Below, in pieces: positions 26,377-33,997 of a stretch of 39,811 nucleotides of DNA. The stretch's first letter is position 1, and every line of letters starts with the position of its first letter. Both the position numbers and the translations under genes were made by a program. The notes beneath the pieces are model-generated. The model saw nothing but the letters and a program-made list of their open reading frames with translations, was not told the origin of the DNA and ran no database searches. This DNA comes from a virus (Duplodnaviria > Caudoviricetes): positions 1-39,811 of IMG/VR virus record IMGVR_UViG_3300049136_000119, one strand, 5' to 3'.

Positions 26377-26603
26377 AGGCGACGAAGGTGACCAAGCTGG
26401 CGATCACCCTGGACGGGACCCGGATGACCCTCGGTCTGGCCGGACCCTCCGGCGAAATCGAGATCACCGTGCCCGTGCATGACGTCGAAACCCTGACCGC
26501 CTCCCTCGTCCACGACGGGGAGCTGGCGGTGATGGTCGAGCCCGGGACCGCCGCTCACGCGGTGGCGTGCCTGAACCGGATGGTACAGATGCACCTCCGC
26601 TGA
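26373..26603 (+). CDS. Hypothetical protein (76 aa)
   Basis: ATGA coupling, GC3 bias. Confidence 0.6.
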   Translation: MKATKVTKLAITLDGTRMTLGLAGPSGEIEITVPVHDVETLTASLVHDGELAVMVEPGTAAHAVACLNRMVQMHLR

Positions 26604-26617
26604 CCCTGTCCCCAACC

Positions 26618-26652
26618 GGCCCCGGTCGCGCCCTCCAGGCGTGGCCGGGGTC
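26618..26652. terminator. Hairpin between convergent genes
   Basis: 15-bp imperfect stem GGCCCCGGTCGCGCC/GGCGTGGCCGGGGTC (G-U pairs on + strand). Confidence 0.6.
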
Positions 26653-26655
26653 TTG

Positions 26656-27021
26656 TCATGCCCGGCCTCCCTGGCGGGCCTCCGCCCACCACCCGCCCGG
26701 CTGATCCCGCGCGGTACGTGCGCTGTGGTGGTCGTGGCACAGCGGTCGAAGGTTGTCCTCGTCGTAGCCGCGCGGCCCGTTTGGGCCTCGGCCGTCGATG
26801 TGGTCCACCTCGGTCGCGACCCGACCGCACCCCGACCATGCGCACCAGGGACGGCGGCGTAGGTAGCCTGCGCTGAAGCGACGCCAGCGGCTTGTATAGC
26901 CCCGGGCGGCCGGGTTACCCCGGGCGCGTTCCGCGCGAGCCAGGCACGCACGACAGCGCCCGCGAGGCGCACGGCCGCTACACCCTGGCGTAGTGCAGTA
27001 AGGCCAACGGCGGTACGGCAC
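26656..27021 (-). CDS. HNH endonuclease (HK97 gp74-like packaging accessory)
   Basis: C..PGC...C..C, RGY...W, C....C...ATEVDHI...NLRPLCHDHHS..T. Confidence 0.88.
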   Translation of the reverse strand: MPYRRWPYCTTPGCSGRAPRGRCRACLARAERARGNPAARGYTSRWRRFSAGYLRRRPWCAWSGCGRVATEVDHIDGRGPNGPRGYDEDNLRPLCHDHHSARTARDQPGGWWAEARQGGRA

Positions 27022-27132
27022 GCTGACCCCCGAGCACGACGAAGGGCGCCCAGCCTGTGACCTGGACGCCCTTGAAAGCACGAATGGCCGGAGGTACACG
27101 ACCTCCAGCCTGGGATCAGGATAGTTGCACCC

Positions 27133-27348
27133 TCACGCCACCGCACGCTTCTCGGAGTGTTCGTCACCGGTTTCTCGGTCGCGTAGGCACCGCAGTACGT
27201 CCGCCTCCAGGAACAGGTGCGTGCGGCCGGCGGTGGCGAGGTGCGTGATGTGACCCCGGCGGACCCACGACTTCAACCGGTTCCGGGAGACGCCGTGCTG
27301 ACGCTCGATCTCGTCCCAACGTAGAAGTCGCCCGTGAGCCCTACTCAT
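27133..27348 (-). CDS. Small HTH DNA-binding protein
   Basis: GVSRNRLKSWVRRG...HLF...DV pattern; just upstream of HNH. Confidence 0.6.
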   Translation of the reverse strand: MSRAHGRLLRWDEIERQHGVSRNRLKSWVRRGHITHLATAGRTHLFLEADVLRCLRDRETGDEHSEKRAVA

Positions 27349-27544
27349 CGAGCCGTCGCCGGTACTCGGGCGGGAGGATTGCGACGTTCCCCTCGACATC
27401 CATCACTAGGCCACCTTCGACATACGCTTCAAGGAACCTGCGCAGGACCGATGGGAGGGAACGCCCCTCCCGAGCCGCCCGTGCCAGGCCGGCGTCCCAC
27501 AGCGCTTGGTCGGCACGGAAGTGCTGAATCGGTGTCTCGGCCAC
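27341..27544 (-). CDS. Ribbon-helix-helix-like DNA-binding protein
   Basis: TP...FR....LW......A..EGRS...VLR.FL..YV; GAAGGG RBS. Confidence 0.62.
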   Translation of the reverse strand: MAETPIQHFRADQALWDAGLARAAREGRSLPSVLRRFLEAYVEGGLVMDVEGNVAILPPEYRRRLDE

Positions 27545-27712
27545 CGCGGTTCCCTTCTCGCTCACCGTGAGATTGTGTCCACAAGGTAGGCCATCGTGGG
27601 ACATCCGGACAGCAGCGGACCCCCAAGACGGAGTGTCTTGAGGGTCCAGAGGGGTGAGTGTGACTGGTGAGAGCACAAGGGCACCCTGGGACATGGCGAT
27701 CGCGGGTCCGGG

Positions 27713-28021
27713 TTAGCTGACCGTCACCACGTTCTTCATCGCAGCGAGCAGCACCTCGCTGTCGAACTCGCCGTTCTTCACGCCTTCCACGAAGGCGTCC
27801 CACTCGGCACGGGTGTAGACCAGCGCGGGCTGGTCAGGATTCTTCGAGTCGCGGACCACGAAGACCTCGTCCTCATCGGCCTTGTTCTCCACGGTCACGT
27901 CTCGGCCCGGAAGCGCGGCCACCTCGACGCAGGCTCCTCCGTTGTTACCGCTTCTTCGAGCCTTGCGCCACTGGGCACGGGACTGGTCCATCAGGGATTC
28001 CTGTGCTTTCTCGTTGATCAC
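27713..28021 (-). CDS. DUF397 domain protein
   Basis: WRKARRS....GACVEVA, VRDSKNP, W.AFV.GVK.GEF. Confidence 0.93.
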   Translation of the reverse strand: MINEKAQESLMDQSRAQWRKARRSGNNGGACVEVAALPGRDVTVENKADEDEVFVVRDSKNPDQPALVYTRAEWDAFVEGVKNGEFDSEVLLAAMKNVVTVS

Positions 28022-28875
28022 TTCAGGTCTTTCACAGCCTGCTTGAGGAGGGACAGCGACTCTGCACCGCTGAGCGCCTTTTCACGCAGGTGGTCAAACA
28101 TCAGGCTATACCGCCCCACCTGGTCGGGCTTCTCCACGTAGAGGCTTCCCGTCTGGGACTCCTGGTACGCCACATCCAGATCGTCCTCGCCAGGGAACTC
28201 CAGGAGGGTGAAGGCGCCGAGCATCGAAGCATGCTCGCCAGCCTTGAACGGGAGGATCTGGAGCGTCACGTTTCGACGCCCGGCAAGGTCGATCAGATGC
28301 TGGAGCTGCTCGCGCATGACGCCTGGTCCGCCCACCTGGCGACGGATCACGGCCTCATCGAGAATCATCCACAGTCCGAGCGGGGCGTCGTCTGCGGTAA
28401 CTCGGGCCTGTCGAGCAAGGCGGACTTCGACCTTGCGCTCGATACCGTCATCGCTGTCGGTCAACGGCGCAGTCGACAGGATCGCGCGCATGTACGCCTC
28501 AGTCTGGAGCAACCCTGGCACCAGGAGCATCTGGTATTCGCGGATGCTGCTGGCCGCGTCCTCCAAGCCGACGTAGAACTGGAACCAGTCAGGCAAGTCC
28601 TGCCCGTACTCGTGCCACCAGCCCTTCTCCGTGGCCCTCTTCGCCAGCTCCATCAGCGCGTCGAACTCCTCGCCGGTCACGCCGTACAGGTTGAGGAGTC
28701 GCTTGACGTCACGAGGGATGACGCGACTCTTGTCGTTCTCGATTCTGTACATCTTCGATTCCGACCAGCCCATGGGTTCATAGACATCTTCCCATGTCAG
28801 ACCGGCCTTCTCTCGATGCCTTCGCAGCTCCCCGGTCAACCTCCGGGTGCGCACGGTCGGGATGTGCTTGCCCAT
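28018..28875 (-). CDS. XRE-family HTH regulator with DUF5753 domain (WhiJ/Scr1-like)
   Basis: RRL..ELRR.RE..GL, SK.YRIE, GWW, VPGLLQTEAY, RLARQ, LDEAV; probably leaderless (TAATGT 7 nt before ATG). Confidence 0.92.
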   Translation of the reverse strand: MGKHIPTVRTRRLTGELRRHREKAGLTWEDVYEPMGWSESKMYRIENDKSRVIPRDVKRLLNLYGVTGEEFDALMELAKRATEKGWWHEYGQDLPDWFQFYVGLEDAASSIREYQMLLVPGLLQTEAYMRAILSTAPLTDSDDGIERKVEVRLARQARVTADDAPLGLWMILDEAVIRRQVGGPGVMREQLQHLIDLAGRRNVTLQILPFKAGEHASMLGAFTLLEFPGEDDLDVAYQESQTGSLYVEKPDQVGRYSLMFDHLREKALSGAESLSLLKQAVKDLK

Positions 28876-29134
28876 GGGGCGAACATTACACGGCTCCGTC
28901 AGATGACAGGTTTCATTGGACCTCTTGCATGTGACTGAACTTACGTGCATTCTTGCTTCCAGTGACCGAACGTCTCTGAGGGTTTCCGAACGGACACGAC
29001 CGAGGGTGATCTGTGTGGGCAAGGTGATCGAGTTGCATGAAGGCAGCACGCCATCCGACCTGAGGTTGCCGCCCCCACGTCGTGTCACTGACGGGAACCT
29101 GCGGTCCCCTATCGTGAACGGCCGTCCCCTGCCT
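28876..29134. promoter_or_regulatory. Divergent control region between XRE and HATPase genes
   Basis: Lower GC; minus-strand -10 at 28883-28888; imperfect palindrome TGCATGTGA-N6-TTACGTGCA at 28926-28949. Confidence 0.5.
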
Positions 29135-29545
29135 ATGGGGAACGCGGTCGCGGTCTACGGACTGAAAGAGATGTCCGCTGTGGCTCGACGGTGGGTTCGC
29201 GCCCACGCCGGACGTCGCATCGAAGAGAATGACACCCTTGCGCTCCTCACCGCTGAACTGTTCGCGAACGCCGTTCGCCACAGCCGTAGCGGACAGCCCG
29301 GTGGTGAGGTCGTGGTCGCGGTCAGCAAGACCGGTACGACCACGCAGGTCAAGGTTGTGGACGACGGTCCTCTTGAACCGGGGGAAGGGCCGCGGCTCAG
29401 GGACGTCGATGTGGAGGCTGGCGAGGGTGAGCACGGTGGGTTCGGCCTCCGCCTGGTCGCCGCCATGGTCACCCGGTGGGGCGTCCTCTACGAGGAGGGC
29501 CGTACCACCGTGTGGTTCGACATCGACCGCGACGTTCAGGCGTGA
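29135..29545 (+). CDS. HATPase_c_2 ATP-binding protein (anti-sigma-factor-like)
   Basis: ARRWV, ELFANAVRHS (N box), VVDDG, HGGFGLRLV, WG, VWF. Confidence 0.88.
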   Translation: MGNAVAVYGLKEMSAVARRWVRAHAGRRIEENDTLALLTAELFANAVRHSRSGQPGGEVVVAVSKTGTTTQVKVVDDGPLEPGEGPRLRDVDVEAGEGEHGGFGLRLVAAMVTRWGVLYEEGRTTVWFDIDRDVQA

Positions 29546-29551
29546 TCCGGT

Positions 29552-29770
29552 ATGGCCTGGGACCCCAGCGAAGACGAGCCCTTCAGGCAGACCGCCGCGC
29601 TGCTCCAACAGCACGCCGGACCTGCGTGGCTCGTGTTCTGGGGGTCGGGGTCGCGCATGTTCTGGGCGTTCCGGCGCGGCGGCAGCTCCTCGCTCATCCT
29701 CTCCCACCCCGATCCGCAGCAGCTCTACGCCAACATCCAGCGCCACGCGCCCCATAGACCAGCACGTTGA
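29552..29770 (+). CDS. Small hypothetical protein (W.VFWG..SR.FWAF)
   Basis: Follows HATPase; motif resembles small proteins in actinomycete XRE/DUF397 loci. Confidence 0.6.
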   Translation: MAWDPSEDEPFRQTAALLQQHAGPAWLVFWGSGSRMFWAFRRGGSSSLILSHPDPQQLYANIQRHAPHRPAR

Positions 29771-30096
29771 CGCGGCAGGCCCCTCCCGCCGCCGCGACCC
29801 TCGACCTGGAAAGACTGATGTCTCCCCTCACTATCAGCGCCGCCATCGTTACCCTCTACCTCGGCACCGGCACCCTGTACTCCTGGATGATCGCCCGAGC
29901 CATCGTCCTAGCCACACCGGACAAGCTGTGCAGCGACAAGTGCCGCTCGTTGCACGCACACGCGTTCTCCCAAGCCTCCGACATGCTGACGGCGCCCAGC
30001 GCTCTGCTGGTACACGCCATCGTTGGGGCCGTTTGGCCGATGGCGATCCGCAAGCAGTGCCTCTGCTTCTTTCGTGCCGCAAGACTCCAGGACTGA
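29767..30096 (+). CDS. Small membrane hypothetical protein
   Basis: TTGA coupling (alternative ATG 29818); two hydrophobic segments. Confidence 0.45.
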   Translation: MTRQAPPAAATLDLERLMSPLTISAAIVTLYLGTGTLYSWMIARAIVLATPDKLCSDKCRSLHAHAFSQASDMLTAPSALLVHAIVGAVWPMAIRKQCLCFFRAARLQD

Positions 30097-30245
30097 TTCC
30101 TCGACCCCTAATCCGGCGCGGCGGTGCGGTGAACCCGCCCGGCCCCGCGGTGAGAGCACCGTCCACTTTGCTCGTCCCGCACCGCCGCGCCTCCCACACC
30201 CACAGTGCCCCCTCGATCCGCCCCGACCTGAGTTAAGGAACGCAC

Positions 30246-30515
30246 GTGCCCAGCCCGTGGAATCCACGTCCCAATGACGTCATGAGCACGACCGATGCCT
30301 GCCGCCTACTGGGAGTCAGCCGAAAGACTCTGTGGCGGTGGGCGAAGGCGGGGAAGATCTCCTACTTCCGCACCGAGGGCGGCCACATGCGATTCCTACG
30401 GAGCGCCGTGGACGCGTACATCGCGGCCCGTCTGAACCCAGGCCAACCAGCACACACTCCAGCGCCCGTGGCGCATCCGGACACCGACGAACCCGGAGGA
30501 CCCTCTCGCCAATGA
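30246..30515 (+). CDS. BldC/excisionase-like HTH_17 protein
   Basis: LLGVSRKTLWRWAKAGKI..FRT.GGHMRF; AAGGA RBS. Confidence 0.85.
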   Translation: MPSPWNPRPNDVMSTTDACRLLGVSRKTLWRWAKAGKISYFRTEGGHMRFLRSAVDAYIAARLNPGQPAHTPAPVAHPDTDEPGGPSRQ

Positions 30516-30760
30516 CTGCACCACTCGATCCCCGCACGGCAGACGTCCTTCTCCCCGCTGAAGCGTCGTGCCTGCTGCACATGCACATGAACCGGCTCCA
30601 ATCCTGGGGCGACCAGGGAGCCATACGCACCTTCCGCACTCCAGGTGGGCACCGCAGGTTCCTACGAGAGGACGTGCTCAGAATTCAAGCCACCCGCGTG
30701 GGTCTCGGCCTCATCCCCACTCTCGTGTTTCCCCTCGGAGACCGTGTCCGAGGGCAGTGA
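30512..30760 (+). CDS. Second BldC-like HTH protein
   Basis: LLPAEA..LL......L..W...G.I..FRTPGGHRRF; ATGA coupling. Confidence 0.78.
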   Translation: MTAPLDPRTADVLLPAEASCLLHMHMNRLQSWGDQGAIRTFRTPGGHRRFLREDVLRIQATRVGLGLIPTLVFPLGDRVRGQ

Positions 30761-30876
30761 GTAAGGCTCCGCGCACCTCCCCGGGCGCGGACACCGACGC
30801 CCACGCCGACGATTTCCACCGTCATACAACCGGACACCCCGGTCTGCTCTGCCTGCGCTGAGGACAAGGACGCCTG

Positions 30877-32001
30877 ATGCACCAGCTCATCGCCGCTCCG
30901 TTCCTAAACGACTACCTCGTGCTTCGCCCCGGCCGTCCCAACGGCATCAAGATCCCTCGCACCCATTACCTCGAACTCGCCGACGCCACCGCGGATCAGC
31001 CTTGCCCCGACTGGCTCGTCTCTGCCGCACGGCGCGCCTTCGACCTGGATCTTGCCGAGCGTGCCTTGGCCCCTGATGTCCTCGTGCGGCAGGTCTCGCC
31101 GTACGGCTACGTCCGGGCCTCCTACGAACTCAACCTTGGCTGCAACTACGACTGTGAACACTGCTATCTCGGCGACCGGCCCTTCGATGGGCTCGACTGG
31201 GCCGGTCGTGAGCGGCTGCTGCGCATCATGCGCGACGCCGGCGTGGTGTGGCTTCAGCTCACCGGCGGAGAGCCGCTGATCGACAAGTACTTCCCCGACG
31301 TCTACACGCTCGCCACCCAGCTCGGCATGATGGTCAGCATCAGCTCCAACGGCTCCCGGCTCGCCAACCCGCGCGTCCTGGACCTGTTGACCACGCAGCG
31401 CCCCTACCGTGTGACCCTGTCGGTCTACGGGGCCACGGAAGAGTCCTACGACGGCATGACCCGCCGACGAGGCTCCTTCCGCAAGTTCGTCAAGGGCTTG
31501 GACGCGGCCGTCGAAGCGGAGCTGTCGTTGCAGCTCAACATCGTGGTCTCGAACCACAACGCCCACGAGGTCGACGCCATGGTGGAGATGGCCGAGTCGC
31601 GAGGCGTGCCCCACCACGTGTTCGTCAACATGGTGCCGACCATCCACGGTGACGGTTCGGTGCTGGTGACCCAGTCCCAGGAGCACCTGCGCAAGCGCAA
31701 GCCCTTCGGCGGGTGCCACGCGGGTCACACGTTCTTCCACTCCGACCCGCACGGCCGCGCCACGATCTGCAAGGTCGGCCGCGACGACGCCATCAACCTG
31801 ATGGACGAAGGCATCGAAGGGCTGGCACGCCTCGGCGAGATCGCCGATCGCCTGATGCTGCGCACCGGCGGGTGTTCCGGATGCGCGTTGTCGGGGTCCT
31901 GCACTGTGTGCCGACCGCTGGCCAAGCAGTACCAGCAGGCCCAGGCGCCCCTCAAGTCCTACTGCCAGCACGGACAGCGAGAGGAGGTGAACGCAACATG
32001 A
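30877..32001 (+). CDS. Radical SAM-SPASM protein, putative peptide maturase
   Basis: CNYDCEHC, TGGEP, SNG; seven-Cys C-X12-G-X4-C...CX2CX5CX2C...C SPASM motif; AAGGA RBS. Confidence 0.92.
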   Translation: MHQLIAAPFLNDYLVLRPGRPNGIKIPRTHYLELADATADQPCPDWLVSAARRAFDLDLAERALAPDVLVRQVSPYGYVRASYELNLGCNYDCEHCYLGDRPFDGLDWAGRERLLRIMRDAGVVWLQLTGGEPLIDKYFPDVYTLATQLGMMVSISSNGSRLANPRVLDLLTTQRPYRVTLSVYGATEESYDGMTRRRGSFRKFVKGLDAAVEAELSLQLNIVVSNHNAHEVDAMVEMAESRGVPHHVFVNMVPTIHGDGSVLVTQSQEHLRKRKPFGGCHAGHTFFHSDPHGRATICKVGRDDAINLMDEGIEGLARLGEIADRLMLRTGGCSGCALSGSCTVCRPLAKQYQQAQAPLKSYCQHGQREEVNAT

Positions 32002-32123
32002 CCGCAGTGTTCGTCGAGATCCAGCCGACGCCGCAGGACACCGTGGAATTCGTGGAAGACATGGATGACATCCTCGAATCCGAGAAGTGCAGCTGCGACG
32101 CGGGCGACGACAACCCCTTCTAG
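31998..32123 (+). CDS. Putative RiPP precursor MTAVFVEIQPTPQDTVEFVEDMDDILESEKCSCDAGDDNPF (41 aa)
   Basis: GAGGAGG RBS, ATGA overlap with the rSAM stop, GC3 bias, followed by hairpins. Confidence 0.82.
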   Translation: MTAVFVEIQPTPQDTVEFVEDMDDILESEKCSCDAGDDNPF

Positions 32124-32144
32124 TCTGAGACCGCCTCAGACGTG

Positions 32145-32175
32145 CGGGCTCCGGTGGTTCCGCCACCGGAGCCCG
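32145..32175 (+). terminator. Hairpin after precursor gene
   Basis: Perfect 13-bp stem CGGGCTCCGGTGG/CCACCGGAGCCCG; extra 7-bp stem at 32123-32141. Confidence 0.7.
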
Positions 32176-32198
32176 TTGCGTGTGAGTACGATGCGCCC

Positions 32199-33062
32199 AT
32201 GCCCGACTCTCGTGACGCCAGCCGTCTCGTGTTGCCCTTCCCCTACGTGCCCACCCTCGGCCCCGTGCACCCCGACGCCCTCACCGCACACCTGTGGGAC
32301 GAGGTAGTGACGGCCAATGGCACCGGCGCGTTCCTGCCGCACGACAAAGACGCACGCTGGGGCGGAACCAAAACAGAAGCAGTCCTGACGCAGACCATCC
32401 GCGGGGACGAGGAAGCCATCACCATCCCGACCCTGATACGGCGTGGTCGAGGCGTGGTGAAGGTCCACCACTACGGGCGAGCACCCGACGTGGAAAAGTC
32501 ACTGGGCGAGGCCGGGAAGCTCGCCGCCGAACACGGCGCAGCAGCTGCGCGAGTCCTGTGGTTCTCCCAGGAACCCGACACCCGATGGCACAGTTGCCGC
32601 ATTCAGCTCAAGACCTTCACCGGGAACGAACCTCACGCTCACGGCAGGGTAGGCAGCCTAGACGCCGAAGCGCTGTCCGTGCAGGGCACCTTCGACGCCT
32701 TCGCCGACACACTCAAGGAAGACGGGTTCGCTTTCCTCGCGGAGCGGATGCGAACCACTGGTCTGGACGGCCCACTGCTGGTTGCCGTGGCCGAGGGGCG
32801 TGTCGTGGGTGCTATCGGTCCGATGGCGATCCGCGCCGATTCCATCGGCCGCCGCCGTCTCCTTCCGCAGTACTTCGGTGTCCTTCCCGAAGTACGCGGA
32901 CACGGGCATGGGCGAGCACTGTGGCGCGCGGCAATGCGCTGGGGACACGAGAACGGAGCCGCCTATCAGCTTCTCCAGACAGAGACCGATGGTGCTTCCG
33001 ACCACCTATGCAGATCCGAGGGCTTGACCAGCCTTGGGTTTGTTTTCACAGCCAGCCTATAG
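32199..33062 (+). CDS. GNAT-family acetyltransferase with N-terminal extra domain
   Basis: Acetyl-CoA motif A FGVLPEVRGHGHGRAL near the C-terminus; TACGAT 6 nt before ATG suggests a leaderless mRNA. Confidence 0.82.
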   Translation: MPDSRDASRLVLPFPYVPTLGPVHPDALTAHLWDEVVTANGTGAFLPHDKDARWGGTKTEAVLTQTIRGDEEAITIPTLIRRGRGVVKVHHYGRAPDVEKSLGEAGKLAAEHGAAAARVLWFSQEPDTRWHSCRIQLKTFTGNEPHAHGRVGSLDAEALSVQGTFDAFADTLKEDGFAFLAERMRTTGLDGPLLVAVAEGRVVGAIGPMAIRADSIGRRRLLPQYFGVLPEVRGHGHGRALWRAAMRWGHENGAAYQLLQTETDGASDHLCRSEGLTSLGFVFTASL

Positions 33063-33596
33063 AAGCTGATGCCCGCAGTACTCGCACACCGCAGGGCCTC
33101 GCTCGGTGATCCGCGTGAGGCCCTTCGTTCTGCACTGCGGACACCGCTTGGTAAGCCGCTGAACCCCCACCAGCGGCACCAGCGCCCGGCGCGCGGCGCG
33201 GGTGGCCCCCAGCGCGGCTCTGGCCGACGCGACGCCGCCCAGGGCCGCTAGGTAGCGGTAAGGGGCGGCGGCCAGCCGCGCGCACGCTGAGGCCATTCCA
33301 GGCAGGGTGCGCGCGGGCGGATGACCGGTGATGGCCGACCACTCCGCGATCGCATCGACCAGACGGGCGCTCAGGTCGATCATGTGGACCCGTGCGGGGG
33401 CGGAGGGGTCGGGGGTGCCGCGGTTGGGGACGTCGGTGAGCGGGTGGGCAAGTGAGTGTCCGGTCTCGGCGCTCAGCAGGCGCAGGAGCGCGGGGGCCTC
33501 GGCCAGGGCTCCGGTGAGGGCGTTCAGGCACGGATCGCACACCAGGACTTCCGAGACGCCGGCGTCGCAGACCTCGTCGCGGATCAGGCACGCCAT
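33057..33596 (-). CDS. Hypothetical protein with CxxC zinc ribbons (possible phage transcription regulator)
   Basis: CDPC near the N-terminus; RCPQC...VCEYCG at the C-terminus. Confidence 0.6.
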   Translation of the reverse strand: MACLIRDEVCDAGVSEVLVCDPCLNALTGALAEAPALLRLLSAETGHSLAHPLTDVPNRGTPDPSAPARVHMIDLSARLVDAIAEWSAITGHPPARTLPGMASACARLAAAPYRYLAALGGVASARAALGATRAARRALVPLVGVQRLTKRCPQCRTKGLTRITERGPAVCEYCGHQLL

Positions 33597-33880
33597 CACG
33601 CGCTCGCCGGAAGGTCGTGGGGTTCGGGGCAGGTGTGGCCGAGGACGTAGGCGCGGTGGTCGATGATCTCGACGGGATCGGTCACGGCCGCGAGGGTGGG
33701 ACGGCGAGTGGAGCGGACACGGTAGACAGCGTGGCCGGAGGTGAACGCGAGCGCGGCGGCGTCAGGGGCGAGAGTGGCCACGCCAACGGCGACGCGGACA
33801 CCAGCGGTCCAGGCGCCCAGTACCAGCGCGCCGCACTCGGAACATCGTGAGACTTTGGGGACGGTGTCGGTGTTGTTCAT
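33596..33880 (-). CDS. Hypothetical protein (CxxC...HxC)
   Basis: GAGG RBS before ATG 33880; RCSECGA...HTC. Confidence 0.6.
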   Translation of the reverse strand: MNNTDTVPKVSRCSECGALVLGAWTAGVRVAVGVATLAPDAAALAFTSGHAVYRVRSTRRPTLAAVTDPVEIIDHRAYVLGHTCPEPHDLPASA

Positions 33881-33903
33881 CCTTACCTCTCTCCGTCGGT
33901 ATC

Positions 33904-33979
33904 GGTTCGGTCCGCCGCTGTCGTCCACCCCCCTATAGAGGGGGGGTGGTGGACGAACTAGCGGAAAGCCGAACGAACC
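33904..33979. repeat. Long imperfect inverted repeat downstream of the helicase (ori/terminator candidate)
   Basis: TCGTCCACCCCCC-TATAGA-GGGGGGGTGGTGGACGA core with outer arms GGTTCGG/CCGAAC and CCGCT/AGCGG. Confidence 0.55.
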
Positions 33980-33997
33980 AGGGCCGGACTTGCCGGA

